A DNA stretch of 61,395 bases, filler included, from Chiloscyllium plagiosum (taxonomy: Eukaryota), in assembly GCF_004010195.1 (NCBI RefSeq). It is 3 parts of one record of this genome, joined end to end, with 100 filler letters (N's around TTAATTAATTAA, not from the genome) between each part and the next. Parts side by side here need not be neighbours in the genome. Positions count along the whole stretch, not along the records: positions 1 to 16,556 come from NC_057713.1; 2 more parts are not named here. One strand, given 5' to 3'. Position 1 is the first letter of the stretch, and every line of letters starts with the position of its first letter. The notes beneath the pieces were generated by a model. That model had not been told where the DNA came from and did no database searches. It saw only the letters and a list, made by a program, of their open reading frames with translations. The position numbers and the translations under genes were made by a program. This document shows, in pieces, positions 1 through 11,110 of this stretch.

Positions 1-428
1 ATAAGGCGTTGGGGTCCGGGGAAGCGAAAATCATGGAGCAGGTGGAGGGCGTGGGTGGTGTCCCGAACGTAGGTGGGGAGTTCTTGGACTAAGGGGGACA
101 GGACGGTGTCAAGGTATGCGGAGATGAGTTCGGTGGGGCAGGAGCAGGCGGAGACAATGGGTCGGCCGGGGCAGTCAGGTTTGTGGATTTTGGGCAGGAG
201 GTAGAAGCGGGAGGTGCGGGGTTGTGGGACTATGAGGTTGGAGGCGGTGGATGGGAGATCCCCCGAGGTGATGAGGTTATGGACGGTCTGGGAGATGATG
301 GTTTGGTGGTGGGGGGTGGGGTCATGGTCAAGGGGGCAGTCGGAGGAGGTATCTGCGAGCTGGCGTTTGGCCTCAGCGGTGTAGAGGTCGGTGCGCCAAA
401 CTACTACCGCACCTCCCTTGTCTGCTGG
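1..428 (-). mobile_element. Penelope-like element (PLE) reverse transcriptase fragment, continuing off the window start
   Basis: The minus strand reads open as PADKGGAVVVWRTDLY...FYLLPKIHKPDCPGRPIVSACSCPTELIS...YVRDTTH. This has the N-terminal DKG motif and the LPKIHK..RPIVS motif typical of PLE RTs. Confidence 0.9.
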
Positions 429-533
429 TATGACATTAGACAAGCTTCTGGCCAAAATTCCATCCTGTGAGGGATAGAAGTTGGGAGAAGGGGAGATCCT
501 ACACGATGAAACCAAGAGTAGACAGCACTGGTA

Positions 534-661
534 AGATGAAGGGCTTTTGCTCAAAATGTCAATTTTCCTGCTCCTCGGATGCTACCTGACCTGCTGTGCT
601 TTTCTAGCACCATTCTAACCTTAACTCTAATCTCCAGCATCTGCAGTATTAACTTCCACCT
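534..661 (+). mobile_element. Short PLE-derived non-autonomous insert with a degenerate hammerhead core
   Basis: GATGAAGGGCTTTTGCTCAAAATGTC...GGATGCT.CCTGACCTGCTGTGC...CCAGCATCTGCAG matches the family at 7421-7553. It is flanked by imperfect AGCACTGG(G)TAAGA duplications. Confidence 0.75.
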
Positions 662-675
662 AGCACTGGGTAAGA

Positions 676-1140
676 ATTTGACACATGTTAAAGAAACCCA
701 AGAGGGTGAAAAGCCTCAGGTATTTTCACTGTCATGGAGTGGGAGACAGAAGATTACAGTGCCAGTGGTTTCTGAAGGGCACTAGAAAAAGGTATTTTCA
801 CTGCCAGAAAGTGGGATACATAAAGTCACAGTGCTGGTCATTAAAGAAAGGCACTGTGGGAAAAGATGTGGTAAAAGAAACTAAGCCAGTGGCATTAGTG
901 AAGATAGTAAAGGAGACCCCAAGAAGAGCGAGGAGCTACAGGAGAGTGCACGGCCGAGGCAGGGGCTGAGTATGGAGTTAGTACCGGATCTGTAAAAAGA
1001 ATTCACCTCGGTGGGTAAGGTTTACTCAGAAAGAACAGGGAGAGAAGGACAAGAAGTTATAACTTTGAGAGATACAGGATCTAAACAGTCACTGATAGTA
1101 AAGGATGAGCAAATATGTACTTTTTCTGATCTGTTACCCA
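676..1140 (+). mobile_element. Gypsy-type LTR retrotransposon internal remnant (gag zinc knuckle plus protease start)
   Basis: Two degenerate CCHC knuckles (FHCHGVG..QC and FHCQKVGYIKSQCW) are followed by VITLRDTGSKQSL, an aspartic protease DTG motif. Confidence 0.75.
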
Positions 1141-3106
1141 AGAGTTGTTATCTCTGGTTTGTTACCCGTGCCACGTGATAGCGAGGCAAGGAATAAGGAG
1201 AGATATCAGCTGAACATGTGGCTGCAAGGATGGTGGAGGAGGGAGGGTTTCAGGTACATGAATAATTGGGGCTCATTCTGGGGAGGGTGAGACCTCTACA
1301 AACAGGACAGTCTACACTTGAACCAAAGGGGTACTAGTTTTCTGGGTGGGAAATTTGCTGGTGCTATTCTGATGGGTTTAAACTAGGTCAGGAGGGGGAT
1401 GGGAATCTGAGGTGTAGTTCCAGTGCACGGGAGGATGAGAGTAGGCAGGGCATGGACAGGATTTCATGGTCACAGGAATGTGCTGGCAGACAGCAAGCTG
1501 GTTTGAAGTGTGTTTACTTCAAGGCCAGAAGTATCTGAAATAAGGTAGGTGAGCTTGCAGCATGGATAGGTCCCTGGAATTTCTCTGTTGTGGCCATTTC
1601 GGAGACATGGATACAGCAGGGTAAGGAATGGGTGTTGCAGGTTACAGGGTTTAGATCTTTCATTGAGAACGGGGAAGGCAGTAAAAGAGGGGGAGGGGTG
1701 GCCTTGTTAGTCAAGGACAGTATAACGGTGGCTGAAAGAACTTTTGATGACGACCTGTCTACTGAGGTGGTGTGGGCTGAGGTTAGAAACAGGTGAGGAG
1801 AGGTCACACTGCAGGGAGCTTTTTATCGGCCCCCACAGTGTTCCAGGGATGTGGAGGAGGGGATCAGCAAAGCGATTCTGGGTAGGAGTGAAAGGAACAG
1901 TGTGGTCATTATGAGGGACTTTAACGTCCCCAAAATGACTGGAAATGCTATAACTCTAGTACGTCGGATGGATCAGTTTTTGTCCAATGTGTATAGGAGG
2001 GTTTCCTGACACAGTATGTCAAAGGGCCGACAAGGGGAGAGGCCACATTGGATTTGGTGCTTGGTAATGAACCAGGCCAGCTGTTTGATTTAGTGGTATG
2101 TGGGCACTTTGGAGAAAGTGATCATAATTCGATTATGTGTAGTTTAGTGATGGAAAGGGGTAGGTACATGCCACAGGGCAAGAGTTATCGATGGGGGAAG
2201 GGCAATTGTAATGCGATTAGGCAAAATTAGGATGCACAGAATGGGGTAGCAAAATGCGGGGGGTGGGGACAATCAAAATGTGGAGCTGATTTAAGGAACA
2301 GATATTGCATGTCCTTGATAGCTATGTCGCTGTCAGGCAGGGAGGAAGTGATAAGGTAAGGGAACTGTGGTTTACTACAGAAATTTCATCTCTTGTTAAG
2401 CAGAAGAAGGAAGCTTATGTGATGATGAGACAAGAAGGTTCAGATGAGGCGATGGAGAGTTACAGATTAGCTCAGAAAGATTTAAAGACAGAGTTAAGAA
2501 GAGCAAAGAGAGGACATGAGAAGTCTTTAGCAGGTAGAATAAAGGAGAACCGTAAAACTTTCTATAGGTATGTGAGGAATAAAAGAATGACTAGGGAAGG
2601 AATAGGGCCAGTCAAAAGACAGAAGTGGGAAGTTATGTGTGAACCCTGTGGAGATCGGAGAGGTGCTAAACAAACATTTCTCATCGGTTTTTACTCAGGA
2701 AAAGGAGAATATTGTGGAGGAGAAGAATGAGGTACGAAATATTAGACGAGAAAGGATCGAGGTTAGTTAATTATTAATTCTAGAGGGAGTGAAAGTAGAC
2801 AAGTCCCTTGGGCAGGATGAGACTTATCCGATGATTCTCTGGGAAGCTAGGGAGGTGATGTTGGAGCCTTTGGCTTTGATCTTTGAGTCATTATTGTCTG
2901 CAGGTTTAGTACCAGAGGACTGGAGGATTGCAAATGCTGTGCCCTTGTTCAAGAGGGGCAGTAGAGATGACCCAGGTAATTATAGACCAATGAGCCTTAC
3001 ATCTGTTGTCAGAAAAGTTTTGGAAAGGATTATGAGATAGGATTTATAATCATCTAGCAAGCAACAATTTGATTGCAGATAGTCAACACGGTTTTGTCAA
3101 GGGCAG

Positions 3107-3242
3107 AGTCAAGAGTGTGGTGCTAAAAAAGCACAGCTGGTTAGCAGCATCCGAGGAGCAGGAGAATCGACATTTTGGGCATAAACCCTTCATCAGGAAC
3201 TCTTGAATCTGATCCCCAGCATCTGCAGTCCTCACTTTCTCC
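3107..3242. mobile_element. PLE-derived fold-back insert
   Basis: An inverted head (with the reverse complement of a degenerate CTGATGA..hammerhead core) is joined to a direct tail. The 14-bp TSD TTTGTCAAGGGCAG lies at 3093-3106 and 3243-3256. Confidence 0.85.
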
Positions 3243-3366
3243 TTTGTCAAGGGCAGGTCATGTCTCACAAACCTCACTGACTTTATTGAGAAGGTGACCA
3301 AGCATGTGAATGAGTAGGGCAGTTGACATGGTGTACATGGACTTCAGTAAAGCCTTTGATAAAGTT

Positions 3367-4122
3367 AGAACATACAACAATACAGTGCAGTACAGGCCCT
3401 ACAGCCCTCAATGTTGTGCCGACCTGTGAACTATTCTCAGCTCGTCCCCTTACACTATCCCAAAATCATCCATGTGCTTATCTAAGGATTGCTTAAATCT
3501 CTCTAATGTGGCTGAGTTGACTACATTGGCAGGTAGAGCATTCCACGCCCTTACCACTCTCTGAGTAAAGAACCTGCCTCTGACATCTGTCTTAAATCTA
3601 TCACCCCTCAATTTGTAGTTATACCCTCTTGTACAAGCTGACGTCATCATCCTAGGAAAAAGTCTTTCACTGTCTACGCTATCTAATCCTCTGATCATCT
3701 TGTATGTCTCTATCAAACTCCCCTCTTAGCCGCCTTCTTTCCAATGAGAACAGACCCAAGTCTCTCAGCCTTTCCTCATAAGACCTTCCCTCCAGATCAG
3801 GCAACATCCTGGTAAATCTCCTCTGCACCTTTTCCAATGCTTCCACATCCTTTCTGTAATGGGTCGACCAGATCTGTACACAATACTCCAATTGTGGCCG
3901 CACCAGCGTTTTGTATAGTTGCAGCATGATATTGCGGTTCCGGAACTCAATCCCTCTACCGATGGAACCTAACACACCGTATGCCTTCTTAACAGCATTA
4001 TCCACCTGGGTGGCAATTTTCAAAGATCTATGCACACGGACTCCTAGATCCCTCTGCACATCCACACTACCAAGAATCTTTCCATTGACCCAGTACTCTG
4101 CCTTCCTGTTATTCTTCCCAAA
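3367..4122 (-). mobile_element. CR1 LINE 3' fragment nested antisense within another CR1
   Basis: Minus-strand ORFs read LYKTLVRPQLEYCVQIWS..LEKVQRRFTRM and FFTQRVVRAWNALP, followed by a CR1 3'UTR. The host RT motif KAFDKVPH is split across the insertion. Confidence 0.9.
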
Positions 4123-4477
4123 GGTTCCACACATGGTAGGCTGTTGGAGAAATTGCAAAGGCATGGGATTAAGGGTGATTTAGCAGTTTGGATTAGAAAC
4201 TGGCTTTCTGTAAGGCAGCGAGTGGTAGTTCATGGGAAATATTCAGTCTGGAGTCCGGTTATGAGTGGTGTACCACAATGATTTGTTTTGGGACCACTGC
4301 TGTTTGTCATTTTTATAAATGACTTAGACACAGGCATAGGTGGATGGATTAGTAAGTATGCAGATGACACTAAAATCAGTGGAGTAGTGGACAGTGTGGA
4401 AGAATGTTGCAGGTTGCAAGGGGACTTGGATAAACTGCAGAATTGGTCTGAGAGGTGGCAAATGGAGCTCAATGCAG

Positions 4478-4987
4478 ATGCTAGTGACATAGGAGTTGGA
4501 GCTGTACTCCCACAAGCAGATGAGGATGAGATTGGTTATTTTTCAAAGAAAATCAACATCCACAAGAGGAAATACTCCACATTCAAAAAAGAACGATTGA
4601 GTTTGGTCCTGGCCTTCCAACATTTTAATGTCTATGTCACGAACAACGTGTCGGGAGACAGTTGTGAACATGGGTCACAATCCGCTTACATTCTTAGAAG
4701 GCTTTAAAGACAATATGAGACTATTTCGTCAGAGTCTTATGTTAGAGACTTTTAAGGTAAAAATTATACATGTGAAGGTCATAAGAATGTAATTGCAGAT
4801 GTGTTATCACATTTAGATGAGATTTGTATTTATTTATTGTTTATACATATACGATACAAGTATATGGGAAGTAGTTATAGTGAACATACATTAAAGTTAT
4901 CTGTATGTTAGAGTAATGTGTTTAAATTTAAAAAAAATGAAGTCATCTTTTCATTATGATAGTTCATTTTTTTCTTAATGGGGAAGA
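4478..4987 (+). mobile_element. Gypsy-type RNase H remnant plus polypurine tract
   Basis: DASDIGVGAVL..IGYFSKKIN..YST..ERLSLVLAFQHFNVYV resembles Ty3/Gypsy RNase H. The purine run AATGGGGAAGAG (4977-4988) sits immediately before the LTR. Confidence 0.8.
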
Positions 4988-5678
4988 GTTATGAAGATAT
5001 GGGTGTACTGTACCTTTAAGAGAGTTAAATGCTAGCAGAACTACCTGACAGCACCAAGTGTTCTGAACAAGATATAATGTAACATGTGGTTCAGTAGCTG
5101 GGGTACCTGGTTGCCAGGAAATGACAAAACAGATTCGAATTAGGCCAATCAGTTTCAATTACACCTCAAAAAAAACCAAACGCCAATCAAGTTTGAATTT
5201 AGTATATTAACAATCTTAAAAGCCAATGACACAATTCGATGTTTGGGGGTATAAGACTGAGGAAAATTGCCAAGTCACCAGCATCTGCAGACTGGCCAGA
5301 GAATAGCTCTCTTAAAAGTACCTTTATCAATTCACAACCTGTGAAGCAGAAATCCCTAAGAAGCAGAAAAGACAACTGAGCAAGAGAAGATTCGACATCT
5401 TGCTGGTTCTTTAAAAACTTGAATGTTTGGTAAATGTTAATTGGGGCGGGGGGGGGTTTAAATCAGACTCGTATTGTAGAAGGGGAAGGTAAAAGATAGG
5501 TTCGAGGAAGGAGGTGTAAATAGTTGTTAGTTAATTATTCTCTTTTATACCTTAAAAAATTAAGCTGTTAATTTTCACTTTAAATAGTTCTTGGGTTCTT
5601 GAATTTCCACAGATTACTGCACAGGATAAATCTTTTCTGATTTTAATTAAGCAGGAAGGCTTAACCTATGTCATAACA
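4988..5678 (+). mobile_element. 3' LTR of the Gypsy-type element
   Basis: It follows the PPT, has inverted termini GTTATGA...TCATAACA, and is homologous to a second copy at 41596-43450. Confidence 0.8.
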
Positions 5679-7317
5679 AGACTATGTTTTTATATCTGTC
5701 ATGTACTCTGGCATTTCCCCACTACTGATGTTAGATTAACTGATCTGTAGCTGTGAATTTTTCTCTCTCTACCTTACATAATAGGGTTAGATTTGCCGCC
5801 TTCCAATCCGCAGATACTGCTCCAGATCCCATCGAAATTTGGAGATGATTTCCAACGCATTCAATATTTTCAGCACCAATTTCTTTAGTATTCTGATTAA
5901 TACACCCTGATGATTTGTCAGCCTTTGGCCCCATTTATAATCCTAACACCACTTTCTTAGCAATACTGATTTCCTTCAATTCCACATTCTCACTAGGCCC
6001 TTGTTTCTAGGAAACTATTTATGGCCTTTTTCTGAAAACAGAACAAAAGTGTGTGTTCAATTCTTCTGCCATTTCTTTGTTCCCCATCACATCGTGCCAG
6101 CATAGTTGCAGTTCCACAATACTCAAGGATCTCAACACCATCTCGGACAAAGCAGTTTGCTTGATTGACACCGTTTTCACTCTCTTTCCAACTGACGCAT
6201 GGTAGCAGCAATGTGTACCACCAGTAAGGTGCATTGCAGTAACATGCATGACTCCTTCCACAGCACCTCCTAAACCTGAGATTTATACTACAGAGAGGAG
6301 CAGATGCAAGGGAACACCATCATCGACTTGTTCTCTTTCAAGGCACACACTATTCAGATTAGGATCCATATCACCATTCCTTGATGACTGCTGGGTTAAA
6401 ATCTTGAACTTCCTTTTCTAAAAGTAGTTGTACCTTCAGATTATAGAATGCAGAGGTTAAAGAAGATAGCTCACCATCAACTTGTCAAAAGTAATTAGAG
6501 ATATGTGATAAATGCCACCCAGATCCTGTGAGAAAAGTAAACTAAAAGAAATTCAGTGATATTGAACAATTCTGCAATGCCAACCTTTCTCATCTACACT
6601 TAAAGACTGTAACACTGTTCTGCACACCTGTGCATTCCACACTCTCAATCACAATCCCTATTCCTGGTTCACAATTCCCTCATTCACGACTAGTTTCCTA
6701 ATTCACATAGATGAATCAGTCGCTGTAATATATGTGTATTTCCAAAAGGCTCTCCATAAGGATGGCATATAAGGCTACTTAATAAGAGGCCATTGTGATG
6801 GGGGCGAGATAGTACATTAGCATGGATAGAGATTATTTATGATATATTACTGACTTGGATGATGGATTGAATTTACTGTTGCCACGTTTGGTGAGGACCT
6901 AAAAATAGGTGGGAAGATGAGTAGTGAGGATGAGTCAATGAGTCTACAGAAGGGTATAGATAGGTTGAGTGAGTGAGCAAAAACTTAGCAGATAGAACAT
7001 AATGTGAGAAAAAAATTGATTTATGCACTTTGCCAGGGAAAATTGAAGAGCTATGTATTATTTAAATGGGAAGGCTTTAAGTTGATGTCTGCATTATATG
7101 GAGAAATAGCTTCTCTTAAAGAGTCATGAATCTATGGAATTCACTATCCCAAAGTGGTGTGGTTGCTGGGACATTAAGTAAATTTAAGGAGTAGACAGAC
7201 AGATTTTTAATTAGTAATGGGTTAAAGAGTTAAGGAGAGCAGGCAGGAAAGTGGAGTTAAGGCCAAGATAAGATCAGCCACGATCATGTTAAATAGAACA
7301 GCAGGTTTGAGGGGCTG

Positions 7318-7553
7318 GATTCTGGATCAGTGGTGCTGGAAGAGCACAGCAATTCAGGCAGCATCCGAGGACAGGCAAAATCGACGTTTCGGGCAAAAGC
7401 CCTTCATCAGGAATAAATGCTTTATTCCTGATGAAGGGCTTTTGCCCGAAACGTCGATTTTGCCTGTCCTCGGATGCTGCCTGAATTGCTGTGCTCTTCC
7501 AGCACCACTGATCCAGAATCTGGTTTCCAGCATCTGCAGTCATTGTTTTTCCC
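7318..7553. mobile_element. PLE-derived fold-back insert: perfect 100-bp inverted arms, each with an intact minimal hammerhead core
   Basis: Arms 7318-7417 and 7421-7520 surround the spacer TGC. The 14-bp TSD TTGAGGGGCTGGAT lies at 7307-7320 and 7554-7567. Confidence 0.9.
7428..7455 (+). ncRNA. Minimal (Penelope-type) hammerhead ribozyme core; mirror copy on the - strand at 7383-7410
   Basis: CTGATGA-A-GGGC TTTT GCCC-GAAA-CGTC contains the CUGAUGA box, a stem II hairpin, the GAAA box, a palindromic ACGU vestigial stem III and a GUC cleavage triplet. Confidence 0.75.
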
Positions 7554-9793
7554 TTGAGGGGCTGGATGACATATCCTTGCTCCGAATTTTATGTTCTTAA
7601 AATACTTATGGAATCTTGTGCATAAATTGCAAAAAGATGGGATCTAAATTTAGTCCCAATCGGGAAGATGAATGAAATGTTGACTTTCATTTCAAAGGAA
7701 ATGGATATAAAAATAGAGGGGTTTGGAAAAACTATACATGACATTGGAGTACAACTGGAATTCTGTGGACAGTTTTGGGTCCCTTATCTAAGGAAAGATA
7801 CACTGGTATTGCAGACAGTCCAGTGAATGTTCACTTGGCTAATATTTGTATGAAAGGATTTTATTATCAGGAGAGATTGAGTAGATTGGTCTTATTCTCA
7901 TTGGAATTTAAAAGAATTAAAGGTGATTTTATAAATTTCTTCGAGGGGACATAATCTCAGAGTAGGAGGTTGCCCATTTAAGACAGAGATGAAGACATGT
8001 TTCTACAGAAACAAAGGAACAGGAGAAGGCCATTCAGCCCTTGGAACCTGTTCTGCCATGGCTGATCTGTGGCCTAATTCCATAAACCTGCCTTTGGTCC
8101 ATATCCCTTAATACCTTTGTGTAACAAAACTTTATCAATCTCAGATTAAAAATTAACAACTGATCCAGCATCTACTGCCATTGCAAAAAACAGTTCCAAC
8201 CCTCTACCACCTTTTGTGTGTAGAAGTGCTTCCTAACATCTCTCCTGAAATGTCTGGCTCAAACTCTCAGACTGTGTCCTCTAGATCGAGAACCTCCAAC
8301 CAGTGGAAATAGTTTATCTTTCGCTACCTTGTCTTTTCTTGTTAATGTACAGAAGCCTTTGACCAGATCACCCCTTAATCTTCTAAATTCTAGAGAAAAC
8401 CTGAGGCCCAGATAACATTCTTGCAAACTCACCCACTTGTGTATTCCCTCCAAGGTCACTATATCCTTCCTGAGATACAATGCCGGTTCTGCTAACAGTA
8501 CACAAGGACAGATGGTAGTGAACGTGTGGATTTCTTTACCACTGGGCTGATGAAGCACGTATGCCAAGTATATTCAAGGCTGAGTCAGACAAACTTTTAA
8601 TCAGTAAGGAAATCAAGGGTTATAGGGAAAAGGCAGGGAAATGGAGTTGAAGATTATCAGATCAGTCCTGATCTCAGTGAATGGCAGAGAGAATCGATGG
8701 GCTGAATGGTCTACTTTGCTCCATGTCTCACGTTCAGAGAGTGGGAATAAATGGGTCTTTTCCAAGTGGCAGACAGTGATTAGTGGAGCACCACAAGGAC
8801 TAGTGCTTGAACCCCAGATATTTACGATACAATATGTAGATATATGTTATTGTCCTGGATGAGGAAACCAAATGCAACATTTCCAAGTTTGCTGACAGCA
8901 CACAAAACCAGGTTGGTTTGTGAATTGTGAGGAAGTTGCAAGGATTCGTGTGAGTGTGCAATGATACAGTACATGTAATATAATGTAGCTGTGAGATTAC
9001 GCATTTTGGTGTGAAAAACAGAAAGAAAGAGTATTACTTAAACAGTGATAGAAGTGTGGATGTGCAGAGGGTTCTGAGTGTTCTTTTACACCAGTCAATG
9101 AAAGTAGATAAGCAAATGCAGTAAGCAAGTCAGAAGGCAATGGTATACTGGCCTTCATCGCAGGATGACTGCAGTTCAGAAATAGGGACGTCTTTCTACA
9201 GTTATGCAGGGCCTTAGTGAGACCATACCTGAAGGTTGCTGATAAAGAGAGGGTCTTCACACATCTTCTGGGACAAAAGGCAGTTGGACCTGAGGAAGAC
9301 ATCTAGGACTGAGTGTGAAGAAAGAAGTCCAAGAATGACATCATAGGAAAACTAAGTTTATCAGTTGGTGAGAAGCTGCTGCTAAGGAATGCGTCTAAAT
9401 ATCTTAAAACTAGAAAACTGCATCGCTTACAAAATAGAAGCAACTACTTTGATTTCAGTGAGGTACCCAGCAAAAGGGAGGCAAAAGTAAATGAAGGTAA
9501 GGTAAAATAAAATTGTAAAGTACACAAAAGGAAAATAAACTTAATACAAGTAATGTTATGCATAAGAATTTATCATAAGTTTCTCTTTATTCTAAGGGTA
9601 ACAATTTTCAGAGTAACTGGATGACAAGTCAGCAGTGCCAAATGGAGTGTACATCGTGTGGTATGTATGTAGTCATGAACATACCATGTGAGTCAGACAA
9701 ATACATCTGCAGGAAGTATCCCCGGCTGCACAAGCTTGGAGTTCCAGCAGCAACTGGAGGCACTGTTGTGCATCCGCGAGGCAGAAGATCCGC

Positions 9794-11110
9794 TGTTCAA
9801 GAAGGGGAGTAGAGACAATCCTAGAAGTTATAGCAAGCCTTACTTCAGTTGTGGGTAAAGTGTTGAAAAGGGTTATAAGAGATAGGATTTATAATCATCT
9901 ACAACGGAATAATTTGATTAGGGATAGTTAACACGGTTTTGTGAAGGGTAGGTTATGTCTCAAAAACCTGACAGTTCTTTGAGAAGGTGACCAAACAGGC
10001 AGATGAGGGTAAAGCAGTTGATGTGGTGTATATGGATTTCAATAAAGCATTTGATAAGGTTCCTCATGGTAGGCTATTGCACAAAATAAAGAGGCATGGA
10101 ATTGAGGGTGATTTAGCAATTTGGATCAGAAACTGGCTGGCTAAAAGAAGACAGAGGGTGGTGGTTAATGGGAAATATTCATCCTGGAGTTCAGTCACTA
10201 GTGGGGTACCACAAGAATCTGTTTTAAATCCACTTTTTTGTCATTTTTATAAATGACCTGAATGAGGATAGTGACAAAAGATGTAGGTTACAAAGAAACA
10301 CAGATAAGCTGCAGAGTTGGGCTGAGAGGTGGCAAATCGAATTTAATGCGGAAAAGTGTGAGGTGATTCACTTTGAAAGGAGTAACATGAATGCAGAGTA
10401 CTGGGCTAATGGTAAGATTCTTGGTAGTATAGATGAGCAGAGAGATCACGGTGTCCAGGCACATTGATCCTTGGAAGTTGCCACCCAGTTTGATAGGGTT
10501 GTAAAAAAGGCATATGCTGTGTTAGCTTTTATTGGTATAGGGATTGAGTTTCGAACCATGAGATCATGCTGCAGATGTACAAAACTCTTGTGTGGCCACA
10601 TTTGGAATATTACGTACAGTTCTGGTCAATGCATTATAGGAAGGATCTGGAAGCTTTGGAAAGGGTTCAGAGGAGATTTACTACGATGTTGTCTGGTATG
10701 GAGGGAAGGTCTTATGACGAATGGCTGAGGGACTTGCGGCTGTTTTCGTTAGAGAGAAGAAAGTTGAGAGATGACTTAATTCAGACATATAAGATAATCA
10801 GAGGGTTAGGGTGGACAGTGAGAGCCTTTTTCCTCGGATGGTGACAGCTAGCACAAGAGGACATAGCTTTAAACTGAGGGGTGATAGATATAGAACAGAT
10901 GTCAGAGATAGTTTCTTTACTCTGAGATTAGTAGGGGTGTGGAACGCACTGCCTGTAACAGTAGTAGACTCGCCAACTTTAAGGGCATTTAAATGGTCAT
11001 TGGATGGGCATATGGACGAGAATGGAACAGTGTAGGTTCAATAGGTTTCAGATTGGTTCCACAGGGTGGTACAACATCGAGGGCCAAAGGGCTGCACTGT
11101 AATGTTCTAG
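9794..11110 (+). mobile_element. CR1 LINE RT and 3' end, 5'-truncated
   Basis: VDVVYMDFNKAFDKVPHGRLL..VTSGVPQES, LVWPHLEYYVQFWS and a CR1 3' tail. It is inserted into an ORF1 zinc-finger remnant (ECTSCGMY..YICRK, 9621-9790). Confidence 0.9.

Larger units (their letters stand above)
1141..4477 (+). mobile_element. Degenerate CR1-clade LINE (ORF1 esterase end, APE endonuclease, RT) inserted in the LTR element, with nested inserts
   Basis: Peptides seen: VVISGLLPVP, AISETW...RGGGVALLV, LDLVL...SDHNSI, VPEDWRIAN..NYRPMSLTS, GPLLFVIFINDLD..KYADDTK. The copy is frameshifted and interrupted at 3107-3242 and 3367-4122. Confidence 0.92.
5690..9240. repeat. Patchwork of old CR1-clade LINE fragments on both strands
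   Basis: Several decayed RT and 3'-end segments, e.g. FSLEFRRLRGDL and SGAPQGLVL. The shared 3'UTR (GGCAGGAAAGTGGAGTT..AGATCAGCCA.GATC) recurs. Confidence 0.75.

Noticed and set aside
7286..7600. Mirror-image ORFs on both strands (also 29424-29678 and 29887-30141)
   Set aside because: They are a by-product of the inverted repeats, not duplicated genes.
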